Shown here: positions 20,258 to 32,507 of the stretch, piece after piece
Layout of the letters: each line of letters opens with the position of its first letter
How positions within the stretch are numbered: the first letter of the stretch is position 1
NCBI GenBank assembly: GCA_036657335.1
Contig: JAVXGR010000002.1
Span: 956 to 64,955 of the forward strand
Reading direction: 5' to 3'
DNA length: 64,000 bases
DNA from: Clostridium sp.
GTDB lineage: Bacteria > Bacillota > Clostridia > Clostridiales > Clostridiaceae
Program-made: the position numbers and the translations under genes
Notes under the pieces: model-generated
The model's database searches: none
The model's input: the letters and a program-made list of their open reading frames with translations, nothing else
Told to the model about the DNA's origin: nothing

Positions 20258-21838
20258 TTATTTTATTCTTGGACCTGCATTTATAATATTACTTGGTACG
20301 TTCTTATATCTATTAAAATTCTCATTAAACTTAACAACTAATTCCTGAGCTTTTTTATTGTATTCTAATTTATCTGCCCAAGTATTTTCTGGATTTAAAA
20401 GATTACTTGGAACTCCTTTTATTTCCTTTGGTATAAATAAGTTAAATAATTTATTTTCAGTAAACTCTGCCTTAGCAAGTTCTCCGCTTATAGCAGCCTT
20501 AACCATTGCTCTTGTATAAGAAAGATTCATTCTGCTACCAACACCATAAGGTCCACCAGTCCAACCTGTGTTTACAAGATAAACCTGTGTTTCATTTTTT
20601 TCTATTCTTTGCCCTAAAAGTTCTGCATATACGTACGGACTTCTTAACATAAATGGCTCACCAAAGCAAGCTGAGAAAGTCGCCTTTGGATCTGTTATAC
20701 CTCTTTCTGTACCAGATAACTTACTTGTATATCCAGACATAAAGTGATACATTGCAGCTTCTTTACTTAATTTAGAAATTGGTGGAAGTACTCCAAATGC
20801 ATCTGCTGTTAAGAATATTACTGTATTTGGATTTCCACCAACACCCTTAATATCTGCATTTGGTATATATTCTATTGGATATCCTGCTCTTGTATTTTCT
20901 GTTTTGCTTCCATCGTTATAATCTGGTTCACCCTTTTCATTTGCAACAACATTCTCAAGAACAGTTCCAAATTTTATGGCATCATATATTTCTTTTTCCT
21001 TAGCTCTCTCTAATTTTATAACCTTAGCGTAACATCCGCCCTCAAAGTTAAATACTCCCTTGTCACTCCATCCGTGCTCATCATCACCTATAAGAACTCT
21101 ATCTGGATCTGCTGATAAAGTAGTCTTACCTGTTCCTGATAATCCAAAAAATATTGCTGTATTCCCTTCTTCATCCTTATTAGCTGAACAATGCATTGGG
21201 AAAACATTTTTTTCTGGCATTATATAGTTCATAACAGAGAACATTGATTTTTTAATTTCTCCTGAGTATTGAGAGCCACCTATAAGTACTATTTTTTTAT
21301 CAAAGTTAATTATTATAAATGCTTCAGAATTTATTCCATCTTTTTCACCATCTGCTTTGAATCCCGGTGCAGCAATAATAGTAAATTCCGCTTTATGAGA
21401 TTTTAATTCACTCTCATTTAATCTTCTAAATAGTTGAGTAGCAAATAGATTTTGAGAGGCTAACTCATTTATTACTCTAATTGATAGGCTATATTCTTTA
21501 GCTGCTCCTATTTGCCCATCAAAAACATATATATCTTTCTTTTCTAAGTAATTTGCAACCTTCTTATATAAATTGTCAAATATTTTTTCTTCTACTGGTA
21601 AGTTTGATTCCTCCCAGTTAATATTTTCTTTAATACTATCCTGCATAACAATAAATCTATCTTTAGGAGATCTTCCTGTATATCTACCTGTATCAATAAT
21701 TAAGGCACCTTTATCTGATAAAGTCCCCTCATTATTCTCCAAAGATTTTTCTATTAGTTCCTTAACTGATAAATTTCTATATATATTACCTGTAGTCCTT
21801 ATATCTATAAAATCCAATTGTTCCTTAATTGTATCCAT
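20258..21838 (-). CDS. pckA: Phosphoenolpyruvate carboxykinase (ATP)
   Basis: TGRSPKD, GLSGTGKTTLS, LIGDDEHGW, NFEGGCYAK, ENTRAGYP motifs. Confidence 0.97.
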   Translation of the reverse strand: MDTIKEQLDFIDIRTTGNIYRNLSVKELIEKSLENNEGTLSDKGALIIDTGRYTGRSPKDRFIVMQDSIKENINWEESNLPVEEKIFDNLYKKVANYLEKKDIYVFDGQIGAAKEYSLSIRVINELASQNLFATQLFRRLNESELKSHKAEFTIIAAPGFKADGEKDGINSEAFIIINFDKKIVLIGGSQYSGEIKKSMFSVMNYIMPEKNVFPMHCSANKDEEGNTAIFFGLSGTGKTTLSADPDRVLIGDDEHGWSDKGVFNFEGGCYAKVIKLERAKEKEIYDAIKFGTVLENVVANEKGEPDYNDGSKTENTRAGYPIEYIPNADIKGVGGNPNTVIFLTADAFGVLPPISKLSKEAAMYHFMSGYTSKLSGTERGITDPKATFSACFGEPFMLRSPYVYAELLGQRIEKNETQVYLVNTGWTGGPYGVGSRMNLSYTRAMVKAAISGELAKAEFTENKLFNLFIPKEIKGVPSNLLNPENTWADKLEYNKKAQELVVKFNENFNRYKNVPSNIINAGPRIK

Positions 21839-22111
21839 ATATGTTTCTTCCCAAAAGTACTTAAACCTCTAGAAATTATAACCTCCTATTTGTATAGTTT
21901 ATTCAACATATATGATACACTATTTAAATTAAAAATCAATACTAATATGACTTTTTTCTTGCATTTACATGTGTTTTATAAAAAAGTTTTGAAGTAATAT
22001 GCAATTTACTGTTTATTTGTATGAATATTTCTATTATTTCATATATATCTACATCATGGAATTAATTTATACTATCTATATTTAAGGTATATTTACTGAA
22101 ATAAATATATT

Positions 22112-23854
22112 CTAGTAAAAATATTTAAACTCTGGAATTTCTAAAACTTCTTTATGCTTGGCTAAATAATATCTATTTTGAAGCTCTACAACCTTGTTGT
22201 AATTATCAGTTACTATTTCTATAACATATTTATCAGATTCCTCTCCTAGAAGTTCTTTTGCCTTATCCATATATTCCTTTGCTTTATCTATGTCACCATT
22301 TATGCTTATATAATAAGAGGCTAAATTGCTTAAATTTTTAGGATTTTCAGCATTGTATTCATATGCCTTCACATAATTTTCAAGAGCATTATCATTGTTA
22401 TTATCAATCATATATACAGTTCCTAAAATTCTGTAATACTTATCTTTCTCATCATAATTAGCTATTTTGATGCACTGTTCTAGTTCCATAATAGCCGCTT
22501 CTTTTTCTTCCACCTCTTTCTGCTTTATATATTCTTTTTCCTCCACATCACTATATGTGTTTCCCTTATTTATATATTTTTGTTTATTCTCTAGATGTAA
22601 TTGAACTATGGTGTTTTTTATATTTAAACTGCTTGGGAGTAATACTTCTGCTAAATCATACCATTTTATAGCTTCCTCTAATTTATTAACTGATTTATAG
22701 TATTGCCCTATTTTTAATATGCCCTTGAAATTATAGGGTTCTAAATATAAATATTTTCTAAATTCCTCATCTCCACCTTTTTCTAAGCCAAATGCAGATA
22801 ATATATCACACTTTAACGCTCCGTAATTATCCCCATAATTCCCATTTGACATAATAGATTTCTTGTACTGTTCTAAAGACTTATCCTCATTTTTTTTAAC
22901 ATTAAACCTACTAAGTATATTGTATACCTTGTAATCATTCTTCCCATCTGATAGCAATTGTGCAAATATATTATTTGCAGTTTTTATATTTTTTTCATCT
23001 TTGCTATAAAGTAATATAGATGCCTCTATTAATCTTATATCTAAGCCTCCTAAGTTCTCATCCTTTATCTCCTTTAGTAACTTTATGGAGATGTCATTAT
23101 ATTCTTCTGTTATGCTATATGCTTTTAAAAGCCATGTTTTATAAGCAAGTTCTTGTGGTTCTTTTCTTATTAGTACCTCTATTTCTTCCATTGTTTTATC
23201 ATTATTATAAGAGGCTTTTTCTTCTATTAAATCATATATTCTAACATTGTTTTTATCCTTATTCCATGCCTTAAATAAAACTTCATAAACTTTCTGTGAT
23301 TTATCCTCTGCTAACAAATACATACTTGCTAAGTCAACATAATCATCGGAGTAGGTAACCATACCCTCAAATTTTGCTATAGCCTCTTCAGCTTTTTCAT
23401 ACTCATCATTACATAGGTATATAAGAGGCATAATTTTTATAACTTCCTTGCTTTGTGATTTTTCTAAAAAACCTTCCCCCATCTCCTTAGCTTCCTTAAT
23501 ATCCCCACTTAGAAGTTTATCTAATATTATTTTATCCTCTACATTAAACTTACTTTCTAAACTCCATAATTGCTCTATATACCCCCTACCCTCTTCTAAT
23601 CTGTTAGTCATATAATACACTTCTATCAAATTATTTAAAATTTCATCTTGATTTTTATATTCTTTAAGCATATTTTTATACACATCTATTGCCCCATCAT
23701 ATTTTTCATCAATACACAATATTTTTGCTCTATTATTATCCTGTAAATATTTTTTATTTTTCATATGTTTAACTCCAAATATAGAGGATATTACTATAAT
23801 CACTGTTATAATAAAATAGATTATATATTTTTTATTTATTAACTTCACCTTCAA
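22112..23854 (-). CDS. Membrane-anchored tetratricopeptide-repeat protein
   Basis: N-terminal TM helix followed by helical TPR-like repeats (e.g. YYRILGTVYMI...ALENYVKAYEYNAENP). Confidence 0.75.
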   Translation of the reverse strand: MKVKLINKKYIIYFIITVIIVISSIFGVKHMKNKKYLQDNNRAKILCIDEKYDGAIDVYKNMLKEYKNQDEILNNLIEVYYMTNRLEEGRGYIEQLWSLESKFNVEDKIILDKLLSGDIKEAKEMGEGFLEKSQSKEVIKIMPLIYLCNDEYEKAEEAIAKFEGMVTYSDDYVDLASMYLLAEDKSQKVYEVLFKAWNKDKNNVRIYDLIEEKASYNNDKTMEEIEVLIRKEPQELAYKTWLLKAYSITEEYNDISIKLLKEIKDENLGGLDIRLIEASILLYSKDEKNIKTANNIFAQLLSDGKNDYKVYNILSRFNVKKNEDKSLEQYKKSIMSNGNYGDNYGALKCDILSAFGLEKGGDEEFRKYLYLEPYNFKGILKIGQYYKSVNKLEEAIKWYDLAEVLLPSSLNIKNTIVQLHLENKQKYINKGNTYSDVEEKEYIKQKEVEEKEAAIMELEQCIKIANYDEKDKYYRILGTVYMIDNNNDNALENYVKAYEYNAENPKNLSNLASYYISINGDIDKAKEYMDKAKELLGEESDKYVIEIVTDNYNKVVELQNRYYLAKHKEVLEIPEFKYFY

Positions 23855-24116
23855 CCCCTCCCTTGTATAATATATTTATGCTACCTAATACTATAAAATT
23901 ATATTTTCTAAAAAATTTCATAGAAACCATTATAGATGCTTATAATAAATGATAAAATTGTATTATAAAGAGTATTTTTTATTATGCTGAGGTAAATAAA
24001 TATGAATAATGATAAAATCTATTGATATTTCATTGTATTTTTTTATAAATCTTAGTAAAATAACTCTAGTTGAACTAATATACTTAAGAATTTTAAAAAA
24101 CTAATGTAAGAGGGCG

Positions 24117-25475
24117 GTGGCTAAAATTAATATAAAGTCATTTTTTAGTATAATATCTTCAAAACTTGTTATAAAGCTTTCAAAACTTCTATCTAAGGGT
24201 GGAACTAATTTTCCCGGAACTGTAGCTTTAAAACTTGATAAAAATGTTTTAAAAGTACTTACTAAAAACTATAAGGTTATTTTAGTAACAGGTACTAATG
24301 GAAAAACTACAACAACTAGTATGATTTATAACCTATTAAAGGAATCAGGACTAGAGGTTATAACCAATGCTTCAGGTGCTAACATGATAACTGGTATAGC
24401 CGCCTGTTTTGTATCTAATTATTCATTCAGAAAGCCTAAAACTCAAATATATGCTGTTATTGAAGTTGATGAAGCTAATTTAAAATTCTTCACAGAATAC
24501 AATACTCCTGAAATCATAACTATAACCAATCTATTCAGAGATCAATTAGATAGATATGGCGAGGTATATACAACTTTAAATAAAATATTAGAGGGAGTAG
24601 TTAAGGTTCCAGATACAACTTTAATTCTTAATGGCGATGAATCATTACTTGGTAAGTTAGATTTGTCTAACAAAACTTTATTTTATGGATTTGCTGTTAT
24701 GGATACAATAAATTCATCTATTGATGTTAATGCTGATGCAAAGTTCTGCAAATTTTGTAAAACACCTTATAAATATGATTTCGTTACATATAATCATTTA
24801 GGAAAATATTTTTGTCCTAACTGTGACTATGAAAGACCTAATTTAGATTATGCTATAACAGATATTTCAGAAAAAACTACTTCTGGATCACATATAGCTA
24901 TTAATAATATAAAGTTATATATAAGTCAGGCTGGTACATACAATATATATAATGCACTTTGTGCTTACTCTATAGCTAGAGAACTTAATATTAGTGATGA
25001 AGTAATAATTAACTCCTTCCAAAATCAACAAAGTAGCTTTGGTAGACAAGAAGCTATTGATGTAGATGGTAAAAAGGTAAAAGTTATTTTAGTTAAAAAT
25101 CCTGCTGGATATGATGAAGCTATTAATACTATTACCTTAGAAAAAAATAATATCGATATGACATTTCTTTTAAATGATAAGTATGCTGACGGCACAGATG
25201 TATCTTGGATATGGGATGTGAAATTCGAAAAGTTAATTGATTTAAATATAAACAAAATAATAATTTCTGGTGAGAGATTATTTGATATGGCTATACGATT
25301 AAAAATAGCTGGTTTTGATGAAAATAATTTTTCTCTTTGTGATACCCATGAAAAGCTCTTACAAAACATTAAATCTTGTGAATCTGATACAGTATATGTA
25401 TTAGCTACCTATACTGCTATGACTAGCTTTAGACAATTTATTCATTCAAAGGGATATGCTCGTAAAATATGGTAA
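24117..25475 (+). CDS. murT: Lipid II isoglutaminyl synthase subunit MurT (Mur ligase + DUF1727)
   Basis: VTGTNGKTTT, EVDEA, NLFRDQLDRYGE, CxxC...CxxC Zn finger, ADGTDVSWIWD; adjacent to gatD. Confidence 0.92.
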   Translation: MAKINIKSFFSIISSKLVIKLSKLLSKGGTNFPGTVALKLDKNVLKVLTKNYKVILVTGTNGKTTTTSMIYNLLKESGLEVITNASGANMITGIAACFVSNYSFRKPKTQIYAVIEVDEANLKFFTEYNTPEIITITNLFRDQLDRYGEVYTTLNKILEGVVKVPDTTLILNGDESLLGKLDLSNKTLFYGFAVMDTINSSIDVNADAKFCKFCKTPYKYDFVTYNHLGKYFCPNCDYERPNLDYAITDISEKTTSGSHIAINNIKLYISQAGTYNIYNALCAYSIARELNISDEVIINSFQNQQSSFGRQEAIDVDGKKVKVILVKNPAGYDEAINTITLEKNNIDMTFLLNDKYADGTDVSWIWDVKFEKLIDLNINKIIISGERLFDMAIRLKIAGFDENNFSLCDTHEKLLQNIKSCESDTVYVLATYTAMTSFRQFIHSKGYARKIW

Positions 25476-25499
25476 AATCAAAAATAAGAAGGTGAGCTT

Positions 25500-26234
25500 A
25501 TGGAAATAACTATTGGTCATTTATATCCTGATTTATTAAATGTATACGGAGATTTTGGAAATATTTTAATTTTAAAAGATAGGGCTGAAAAAAGAGGAAT
25601 AACTGTTAACTTATTAAATAACTCTGTAAACCAAGACTTTATAAAAGAGGATTTTGATATAGTGCTATTTGGTGGTGGTCAAGATTTTGAGCAGACTATA
25701 GTTTCAGAGGATTTAACTCCTGAAAAAACTGCTGCAATCAAAGAATACATAGAAGATGGCAAAGTTTTCTTAGCTATTTGCGGTGGATATCAGTTACTTG
25801 GTAATTACTATACTACTCCTACTGGTGAAAAACTAGAGGGTCTTAAGATTCTAGATATTTATACTAAATCTGGTGATAAGAGACTTATCGGCAATACTGT
25901 TATATTCAATGAAGATTTTAATGAAACCTATGTAGGTTTTGAGAACCACTCCGGTAAAACTTACATAGGTGATTTAAAACCACTAGGCACAGTTAAAAGT
26001 GGTTTTGGAAACAATGGAGAGGATGGTTATGAAGGATGCATTTACAAGTCAACCTTTGGAACTTACCTACATGGATGCTTGCTTTCTAAGAACCCTGAGC
26101 TTGCAGATAGAATGATAAGGTTAGCCCTTACTAATAAATATGGTGAGGTAGATCTTTCACCATTAAATGACTCTTTGGAACTTCAAGCTAAAAATTATAT
26201 AATTAAAAAATATTCTAATGAACATACTGACTAA
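25500..26234 (+). CDS. gatD: Lipid II isoglutaminyl synthase glutaminase subunit GatD
   Basis: LYPDLLNVYGD, GGGQD, AICGGYQ, GFENH, TYLHG motifs. Confidence 0.92.
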   Translation: MEITIGHLYPDLLNVYGDFGNILILKDRAEKRGITVNLLNNSVNQDFIKEDFDIVLFGGGQDFEQTIVSEDLTPEKTAAIKEYIEDGKVFLAICGGYQLLGNYYTTPTGEKLEGLKILDIYTKSGDKRLIGNTVIFNEDFNETYVGFENHSGKTYIGDLKPLGTVKSGFGNNGEDGYEGCIYKSTFGTYLHGCLLSKNPELADRMIRLALTNKYGEVDLSPLNDSLELQAKNYIIKKYSNEHTD

Positions 26235-26337
26235 GATTAAACCTGAATTATTCATGAACTTAGAGTATACATTCTAATTGAAATAAATTGGAATGTATTT
26301 TTTTTTGTAATCAACCTAAGGAAGTTAAAAAATCTAA

Positions 26338-26378
26338 AAAAGCAAGCCGACCATCTGTTTTATGAGGATCGGCTTGCC
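26338..26378 (-). terminator. Intrinsic terminator
   Basis: GCAAGCCGA...TCGGCTTGC with an A-tract on the plus strand (T tail on minus). Confidence 0.65.
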
Positions 26379-26456
26379 TCTTTATGACGTAATATTTTTT
26401 ACTGTGAAGTTGGTTGATTTATTTTTAACGCCAATTTTTTGCATTGTTTTGTTTTC

Positions 26457-27251
26457 TTATTTGATTTTTTTAGTTTTGTCTATTAGTCTATTTCCTCTCA
26501 TATACTCTTCATCCTCTTTACTCATATCATTAATGCTCTTAAATTCAAATCCATTATCTTTAAAATATTTTATCATCTCTGGCAAAAACTTAACCGTTGT
26601 TCCACAATAATAACTATCATGCATGAGTACAACCAAAAAATCCTTTTCCTGTGCTGATTTTAGGAACTTTGACCTTAAAGTTTCTACTGGTACATTTTTT
26701 CCTAAGGAATCATCTGTGCTTACATTCCAATCTATGTAACTTATACCCCTTCCCTTTAATTCCTCAATTATGTCCCTCATAACCCACTTGTTGCAAGATG
26801 GAGTATATGAACCACATGGCATCCTCATATAGTTTAATATAGGTCCTCTTGTTGCATGTTCTATTACTGTTTTACATTTATCGTAATCACTTATGTAATT
26901 ACTAGCTGATTTATAGATGTAATTAGTCTTATGATTATAGGAATGTGGCAATACTGTCATTCCACTTTGAACTAACTTTCTAACTATATAGGGTCTATTT
27001 TCAACCTCTTCTCCTATTAAAAAAAAGGTTGCCTTTACATCTTCCTCATTAAGTATATCTATTATTTTTTTTGTATTATTAGGAGATGGGCCATCATCAA
27101 AGGTTAAATAGACCACCTTTCTATTTTCTAAGGATTCATTAGATTTCTCTATGACTTCTTGACCATAAATATTAGGTGCCATAATTCCTATAATCATAAA
27201 AATTAATATAAAACTCATCCATAAAAACTTTCTTTTTAAAATTTTTCTCAT
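26457..27251 (-). CDS. Polysaccharide/peptidoglycan deacetylase (NodB/CE4)
   Basis: YLTFDDGP, ATFFLIG, HSYNH, DWNVSTDD, LMHD motifs; N-terminal anchor. Confidence 0.9.
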   Translation of the reverse strand: MRKILKRKFLWMSFILIFMIIGIMAPNIYGQEVIEKSNESLENRKVVYLTFDDGPSPNNTKKIIDILNEEDVKATFFLIGEEVENRPYIVRKLVQSGMTVLPHSYNHKTNYIYKSASNYISDYDKCKTVIEHATRGPILNYMRMPCGSYTPSCNKWVMRDIIEELKGRGISYIDWNVSTDDSLGKNVPVETLRSKFLKSAQEKDFLVVLMHDSYYCGTTVKFLPEMIKYFKDNGFEFKSINDMSKEDEEYMRGNRLIDKTKKIK

Positions 27252-27489
27252 TTGTGTTGCTCCCTTCTATTCTATGTACTTACTACTATTATTTAGTTTT
27301 TAAATAAGAACTATTATGAACCATTCTTATCTTATTTATATATAATAATCAATAACACATTTAGCTTATACAACTTGAAAATTTTTAAACCTATTATATT
27401 AAAAGATATTAAAAATCATGGGATAATCTGCACCTATTAAGGATAAAACAGCTCAAAACACTAAATGCTTTGAGCTGTTTTAACTTACT

Positions 27490-28422
27490 TTATTTTAATT
27501 CTATTTCCATATAAAATTCTAAGCTTTCATTGGGAAGCAAATATTTTAACTTATTATTTTTTTTAGCTATGGAGATACTATCATAATAACCATTACAGGG
27601 TTCTAAGGCACAATTATAATCTCCTCTGAAACCCCCTTCTGTTACCCAGAAACCAATATAGGGAAATATATTTTCATCATATTTTAATCTATAAGTTAAA
27701 TTCTTATGTGCATAATATATTCCACAAGAGCCTTCTTTTACTGATTCTTCTGTATAATACTTTTCTGTGTGATTTGATGATTCATCTAATACCCTGCTTA
27801 AATCATAAGAGTTTCCATCTAAGTCCTCTGTCATAGGATAACTATGGACTGATTCAACTTCACCTAGTTTAGGGCTGTTTTGAACGTTTACGACCCTATC
27901 CACATTCCTTGGCATTATAATCTGCATATCCTTATGACAATTTACCAAATAGTGAGCTGCCCATATATATGGGAACTTTTCACTGCCTAGATTTTCTATA
28001 TTATAATGAATCTTAACAGATTCCTCCATTAAATCTATGATTTTAATATATTTATAAGGTAATATCTTGCTTTTGCAAGTAAGTATAACCTTATTATTTT
28101 TTATAGTTTCCTGAAATTTACTACTCCAAATCTCACCATGATCAGGATAATAAACCTCTTTATCACTATAATTCACCTTACACTTATCTATAGTAGGAAA
28201 TGCATCATCAAATCCTGCTGCATCAAAGCATTCAAATGAATCATATAATTTCGGAACTTTATAATTATCAGCTTTATTTTGAAATAATAATTCAAAATCT
28301 TTATCTTTATGATAAATAGATGCTATTTTACCTCCTATTTCAGGTAAAATAACTACCCTTAAAGCTTTGTTTTCTAAAACCATAGAATTTTGTCCTTTAA
28401 AAATCTCTCTAAATATTTTCAT
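27490..28422 (-). CDS. Galactose-mutarotase/aldose-1-epimerase-like protein (DUF5107-like)
   Basis: ILPEIGGKIASI, PDHGEIW, WAAH, ALEPC motifs of the mutarotase-like fold. Confidence 0.7.
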   Translation of the reverse strand: MKIFREIFKGQNSMVLENKALRVVILPEIGGKIASIYHKDKDFELLFQNKADNYKVPKLYDSFECFDAAGFDDAFPTIDKCKVNYSDKEVYYPDHGEIWSSKFQETIKNNKVILTCKSKILPYKYIKIIDLMEESVKIHYNIENLGSEKFPYIWAAHYLVNCHKDMQIIMPRNVDRVVNVQNSPKLGEVESVHSYPMTEDLDGNSYDLSRVLDESSNHTEKYYTEESVKEGSCGIYYAHKNLTYRLKYDENIFPYIGFWVTEGGFRGDYNCALEPCNGYYDSISIAKKNNKLKYLLPNESLEFYMEIELK

Positions 28423-28441
28423 AATATCCCCTATTTCATGC

Positions 28442-31042
28442 TTAAATTATTTCAGTAAATATCTCTCCATTCTTACAGTCAATTCTAACTACATCCCCTT
28501 CATGAATCTTGTTAGAAATTATTTCCTTAGCAAGAATTGTTTCCAAGGTGTTACTTATATATCTCTTAAGTGGTCTTGCCCCATATATAGGATCATAACC
28601 CTCTTCTGCAAGTAGCATCTTGCACTGCTTAGTTACTTGTAATTTTATATTTCTATCTTTTACCCTTTCCTCAATAGATTTTAGGAAGATATCAATTATA
28701 GTAGTAATTTGTTCTCTACCTAGAGGTTTAAATAAAATTATATCATCTACCCTATTTAAAAATTCTGGCTTAAATCTCAATTTCAATTCATTTAATACTC
28801 TTTCTCTTACCTCTGGATTTATTTCATCATCCTTTACATTATCTAAAAGATAATCGCTTCCTATATTGGAGGTCATAATTATAATTGTATTTTTAAAATC
28901 TATAATCTTACCCTTATTATCTGTAAGCCTTCCATCATCAAGAATTTGAAGAAAAATATTAAATACATCCTCATGAGCCTTTTCTACTTCATCAAATAAT
29001 ACTACACTATAAGGATTTCTTCTAACAGCCTCCGTTAATTGTCCACCTTCCTCATAACCAACATAGCCTGGAGGAGGTCCAATTAATCTACTTACTGAGA
29101 ATTTTTCCATATATTCTGACATATCTATTCTTATAATATTTTCTTCAGTATCAAATAGATTATTAGCTAGAGTTTTTGCAAGTTGCGTTTTTCCAACACC
29201 AGTAGGCCCTAAGAATATAAATGATCCAATAGGTTTGTTAAATTCCTTTAACCCAGCTCTTGCACGCAATACAGAATCTGCTACAGCTTCAACTGCTTCA
29301 TCCTGCCCTATAACCCTAGATTTTAATTCTTCAGCAAGTTTTATAAGCTTTTGTCTTTCACCCTCAACAAGCTTATTTAATGGTATACCAGTCCATTTAG
29401 AAACTATTTCTGTGATTTCATTTTCCGTTACTTCTTGCTTTAACAATGAACTTCCCTTGAATTCTTTTACTTCTTCTTCTTTTCGCTTTAACTCTAACTC
29501 TAAATTTGGTATTACTCCATACTTAAGTTCTGCAACTTTATTTAAGTCATACTCTCTTTCAGCACTTTCTATATTACCCTTTACCTCATCTATTTTAGCC
29601 TTAATTTCTCTTATACCCTGAATCTCTGCTTTTTCTTTATCGTACTTAGCTGTAAATTCCATATCTTTTTCTTTTAAATCACTTAATTCTTTTTGTAAGT
29701 CTTCTAATCTTAATTTAGATTTTTCATCAGCTTCCTTAGATAATGCTTCTTGCTCTATTTCTAATTGAAATATTCTCCTTCTTATAATATCCATTTCTGT
29801 TGGGAGACTATCAATTTCCGTTCTAATCATAGCACAGGCTTCATCCATTAAATCTATTGCCTTATCTGGTAAAAATCTATCGTTTATATATCTATGTGAA
29901 AGTTTTGCAGCTGCTACAAGAGCATTATCATGTATTCTAATGCCATGATGTATCTCAAAGCGTTCTTTTAATCCCCTTAAAATTGATATAGCTTCCTCAA
30001 CTGAAGGCTCCTCAACTTGAACCTGTTGAAATCTTCGCTCTAAAGCCTTGTCTTTTTCTATATACATTCTATATTCATCAAAGGTTGTTGCACCTATACA
30101 ATGAAGTTCTCCTCTTGCAAGCATTGGCTTAATAAGATTTCCTGCATCCATAGCACCCTCTGACTTTCCTGCTCCAACTATAGTATGAATTTCATCTATG
30201 AATAAAATTATTTTTCCTTGGCTAGATTGAACTTCCTTTAAAACAGCCTTTAACCTTTCTTCAAATTCTCCTCTATATTTTGCACCTGCTATAAGTGATC
30301 CCATATCTAAAGAAAATACTATCTTTTCCTTTAGCCCTTCAGGTACATCCCCACTTACTATTCTCTGTGCTAAACCCTCAACAATAGCAGTCTTACCAAC
30401 GCCTGGTTCTCCAATTAGTACTGGATTGTTTTTAGTTCTTCTTGAAAGAATTCTTACAATTCTTCTAACCTCTTCATCTCTACCTATAACAGGATCCATC
30501 TTATGCTTTTTAGCATCCTCTGTTAAGTTCCTACCATATTTAGCTAATGCTTCATATGTGCCCTCTGGATCCTGAGTGTCTACTCTCTGATTTCCTCTTA
30601 CATCTAATAATATCTTTAAAAATGTATCCTTATCAATATTATTTTCTTGAAATATTTTCTCTAAACCAAATTTCTTGCAATTTTCTATCATGGCAAGCAT
30701 TAAGTGTTCTACGCTTACGTATGAATCATTAAATTTTTCTTTAATATCACCCGCTTTAATAAAAACTTCTTCAAATCTTCTACTAGGATATATTGAAGAG
30801 CTTTGAGCCCCTTCACCTAATACCTTAGGTATCTTATTTAACTCTTTATCTACAGAGATTTTTAAACTCTTTAAATTAATACCCATCTTACCAAGTATAC
30901 TTGGTACTAAACTATCTTCCTCTTCAATAAGAGCCGCAAATAAATGAATTACATCTAATTGTTGATTATTATTTCTAATTGCTATAGCATGTGCATCATT
31001 AATAGATTGTTGACTTTTAATAGTTAGTTTTTCAATATCCAT
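28442..31042 (-). CDS. clpB: ATP-dependent chaperone ClpB
   Basis: Two AAA+ modules (GEPGVGKT; GPTGVGKT), coiled-coil middle domain, [15 protein letters not shown]. Confidence 0.97.
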   Translation of the reverse strand: MDIEKLTIKSQQSINDAHAIAIRNNNQQLDVIHLFAALIEEEDSLVPSILGKMGINLKSLKISVDKELNKIPKVLGEGAQSSSIYPSRRFEEVFIKAGDIKEKFNDSYVSVEHLMLAMIENCKKFGLEKIFQENNIDKDTFLKILLDVRGNQRVDTQDPEGTYEALAKYGRNLTEDAKKHKMDPVIGRDEEVRRIVRILSRRTKNNPVLIGEPGVGKTAIVEGLAQRIVSGDVPEGLKEKIVFSLDMGSLIAGAKYRGEFEERLKAVLKEVQSSQGKIILFIDEIHTIVGAGKSEGAMDAGNLIKPMLARGELHCIGATTFDEYRMYIEKDKALERRFQQVQVEEPSVEEAISILRGLKERFEIHHGIRIHDNALVAAAKLSHRYINDRFLPDKAIDLMDEACAMIRTEIDSLPTEMDIIRRRIFQLEIEQEALSKEADEKSKLRLEDLQKELSDLKEKDMEFTAKYDKEKAEIQGIREIKAKIDEVKGNIESAEREYDLNKVAELKYGVIPNLELELKRKEEEVKEFKGSSLLKQEVTENEITEIVSKWTGIPLNKLVEGERQKLIKLAEELKSRVIGQDEAVEAVADSVLRARAGLKEFNKPIGSFIFLGPTGVGKTQLAKTLANNLFDTEENIIRIDMSEYMEKFSVSRLIGPPPGYVGYEEGGQLTEAVRRNPYSVVLFDEVEKAHEDVFNIFLQILDDGRLTDNKGKIIDFKNTIIIMTSNIGSDYLLDNVKDDEINPEVRERVLNELKLRFKPEFLNRVDDIILFKPLGREQITTIIDIFLKSIEERVKDRNIKLQVTKQCKMLLAEEGYDPIYGARPLKRYISNTLETILAKEIISNKIHEGDVVRIDCKNGEIFTEII

Positions 31043-31179
31043 ATATTACACCTCACTTAATTAATCCAAAAAGGACCTATATTTAATATAAATATACGCC
31101 CTAATTATTTATTTTAAAATAATTAATTAAAATTATTCACTTTTATTTAACACTTTGTTAAACTTTTACATAATAAACT

Positions 31180-32448
31180 CTAAAGTTTTTCTTCCATTGC
31201 TACCGCTAACCCAAAATACTTTAAAGATTCTTTTATGTTATTCAGCTTATTATACATATTACCTAATTCTAAATATCTCTCATAAACCTGTTTTTTACTG
31301 CCAAATTTCGCTATAAAATCTAAAGATAAATTCATATATACGTCTGCAAAGCATTCCTTAGATATCTTCATGCAAAGTAAAGCCTTATAATAATATGCTT
31401 TTTCTATAAATCTTATGTTATTTAATGCTATAGCTTCGTTTAAGGCCACGTCACAAATATCCTCTGCCTTCTCCGAAAATTCACTGTCTAATAAATTTTT
31501 AACCACTTCTAGTAATAAATCTACTAATTTAAATTTTTCATCTTTAGGACATGCAGCTAATGCTTCATCTATGTAAAAAATCGCCTTATCTTTTAATCCA
31601 ACTTCGAAAAATTTTTCAGCATAAGAGTTCTTAATCTTTGCAATCTCATAACTATTTTCTTCAAAATGTTCATATGATTTTTTTTCATATTTTGAAAAAC
31701 TGCTCAGTTTATTTTTTATAGCTACATTAGCTAACAAGCAATATACCTTTGATTTAATAACATTATCACTAATATAATCTACAAATTCTTTTAGTTCCAC
31801 GCCTACTCTATATGAGTTTTCATTATCTCCTAAAACCAAATAAGCATTAGCTTGATTGTATATCACCTTACCATATGTATCTCTTTCTTCACTAGTGAGA
31901 TTAGTCTTAGTACTTAATATTTCATATATTTTATCATAATAATTCATAGACTGCACAATTTCATCATTACTATGCAGGTACAACGCTATATCCATATAGT
32001 ATAATATTTGATTCTTTTCATTATATGCTTTTTCATATAAATCATAATACTCACATTGAATATCCTGAAGTTTATAGGTATTCTTATTTTTAAAATAATA
32101 TTGAAATAATATATGCATTGCTTCAAAGGCTCTGGAATACTTGGTATACTTTTCTGAATAACTAATTATAGTTTTTAAATCCTTCTCATAATTTTCAGTG
32201 TCCTCTTCTTTTTTCAGCCTACTAAGATTTTCCTCTAATTGTTCATCTACATCTTTCTTAAGATACTCTAAATCTAAGCCTAATTTACTACCTACAAATT
32301 CTAAAATCCATAAATCAGATTTAATTTTGTTATTTTCTATACAGCTCATTTTTGAAACTGATATCTTATCCTCACATAAATCCTTTAAAGTAAATCCTTT
32401 ATAAACTCTTGCTCTTTTAATTTTTTCCCCTGTTGAAAGTATCTCCAT
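31180..32448 (-). CDS. XRE-HTH + TPR transcriptional regulator (RRNPP-like architecture)
   Basis: N-terminal GEKIKRAR...TLKDL...SKMSCIEN HTH followed by TPR-like helices; start chosen at MEILS by analogy with the paralog. Confidence 0.85.
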   Translation of the reverse strand: MEILSTGEKIKRARVYKGFTLKDLCEDKISVSKMSCIENNKIKSDLWILEFVGSKLGLDLEYLKKDVDEQLEENLSRLKKEEDTENYEKDLKTIISYSEKYTKYSRAFEAMHILFQYYFKNKNTYKLQDIQCEYYDLYEKAYNEKNQILYYMDIALYLHSNDEIVQSMNYYDKIYEILSTKTNLTSEERDTYGKVIYNQANAYLVLGDNENSYRVGVELKEFVDYISDNVIKSKVYCLLANVAIKNKLSSFSKYEKKSYEHFEENSYEIAKIKNSYAEKFFEVGLKDKAIFYIDEALAACPKDEKFKLVDLLLEVVKNLLDSEFSEKAEDICDVALNEAIALNNIRFIEKAYYYKALLCMKISKECFADVYMNLSLDFIAKFGSKKQVYERYLELGNMYNKLNNIKESLKYFGLAVAMEEKL

Positions 32449-32507
32449 TTTATCATCACCCATTATCTATAATATTAATCTATACTCTTTATACTTTTAA
32501 AACATGG

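Noticed and set aside
26362-26610. 82-aa hydrophobic plus-strand ORF and a 20-codon minus-strand ORF nearby
   Set aside because: Overlap a terminator or the deacetylase antisense strand; no SD.
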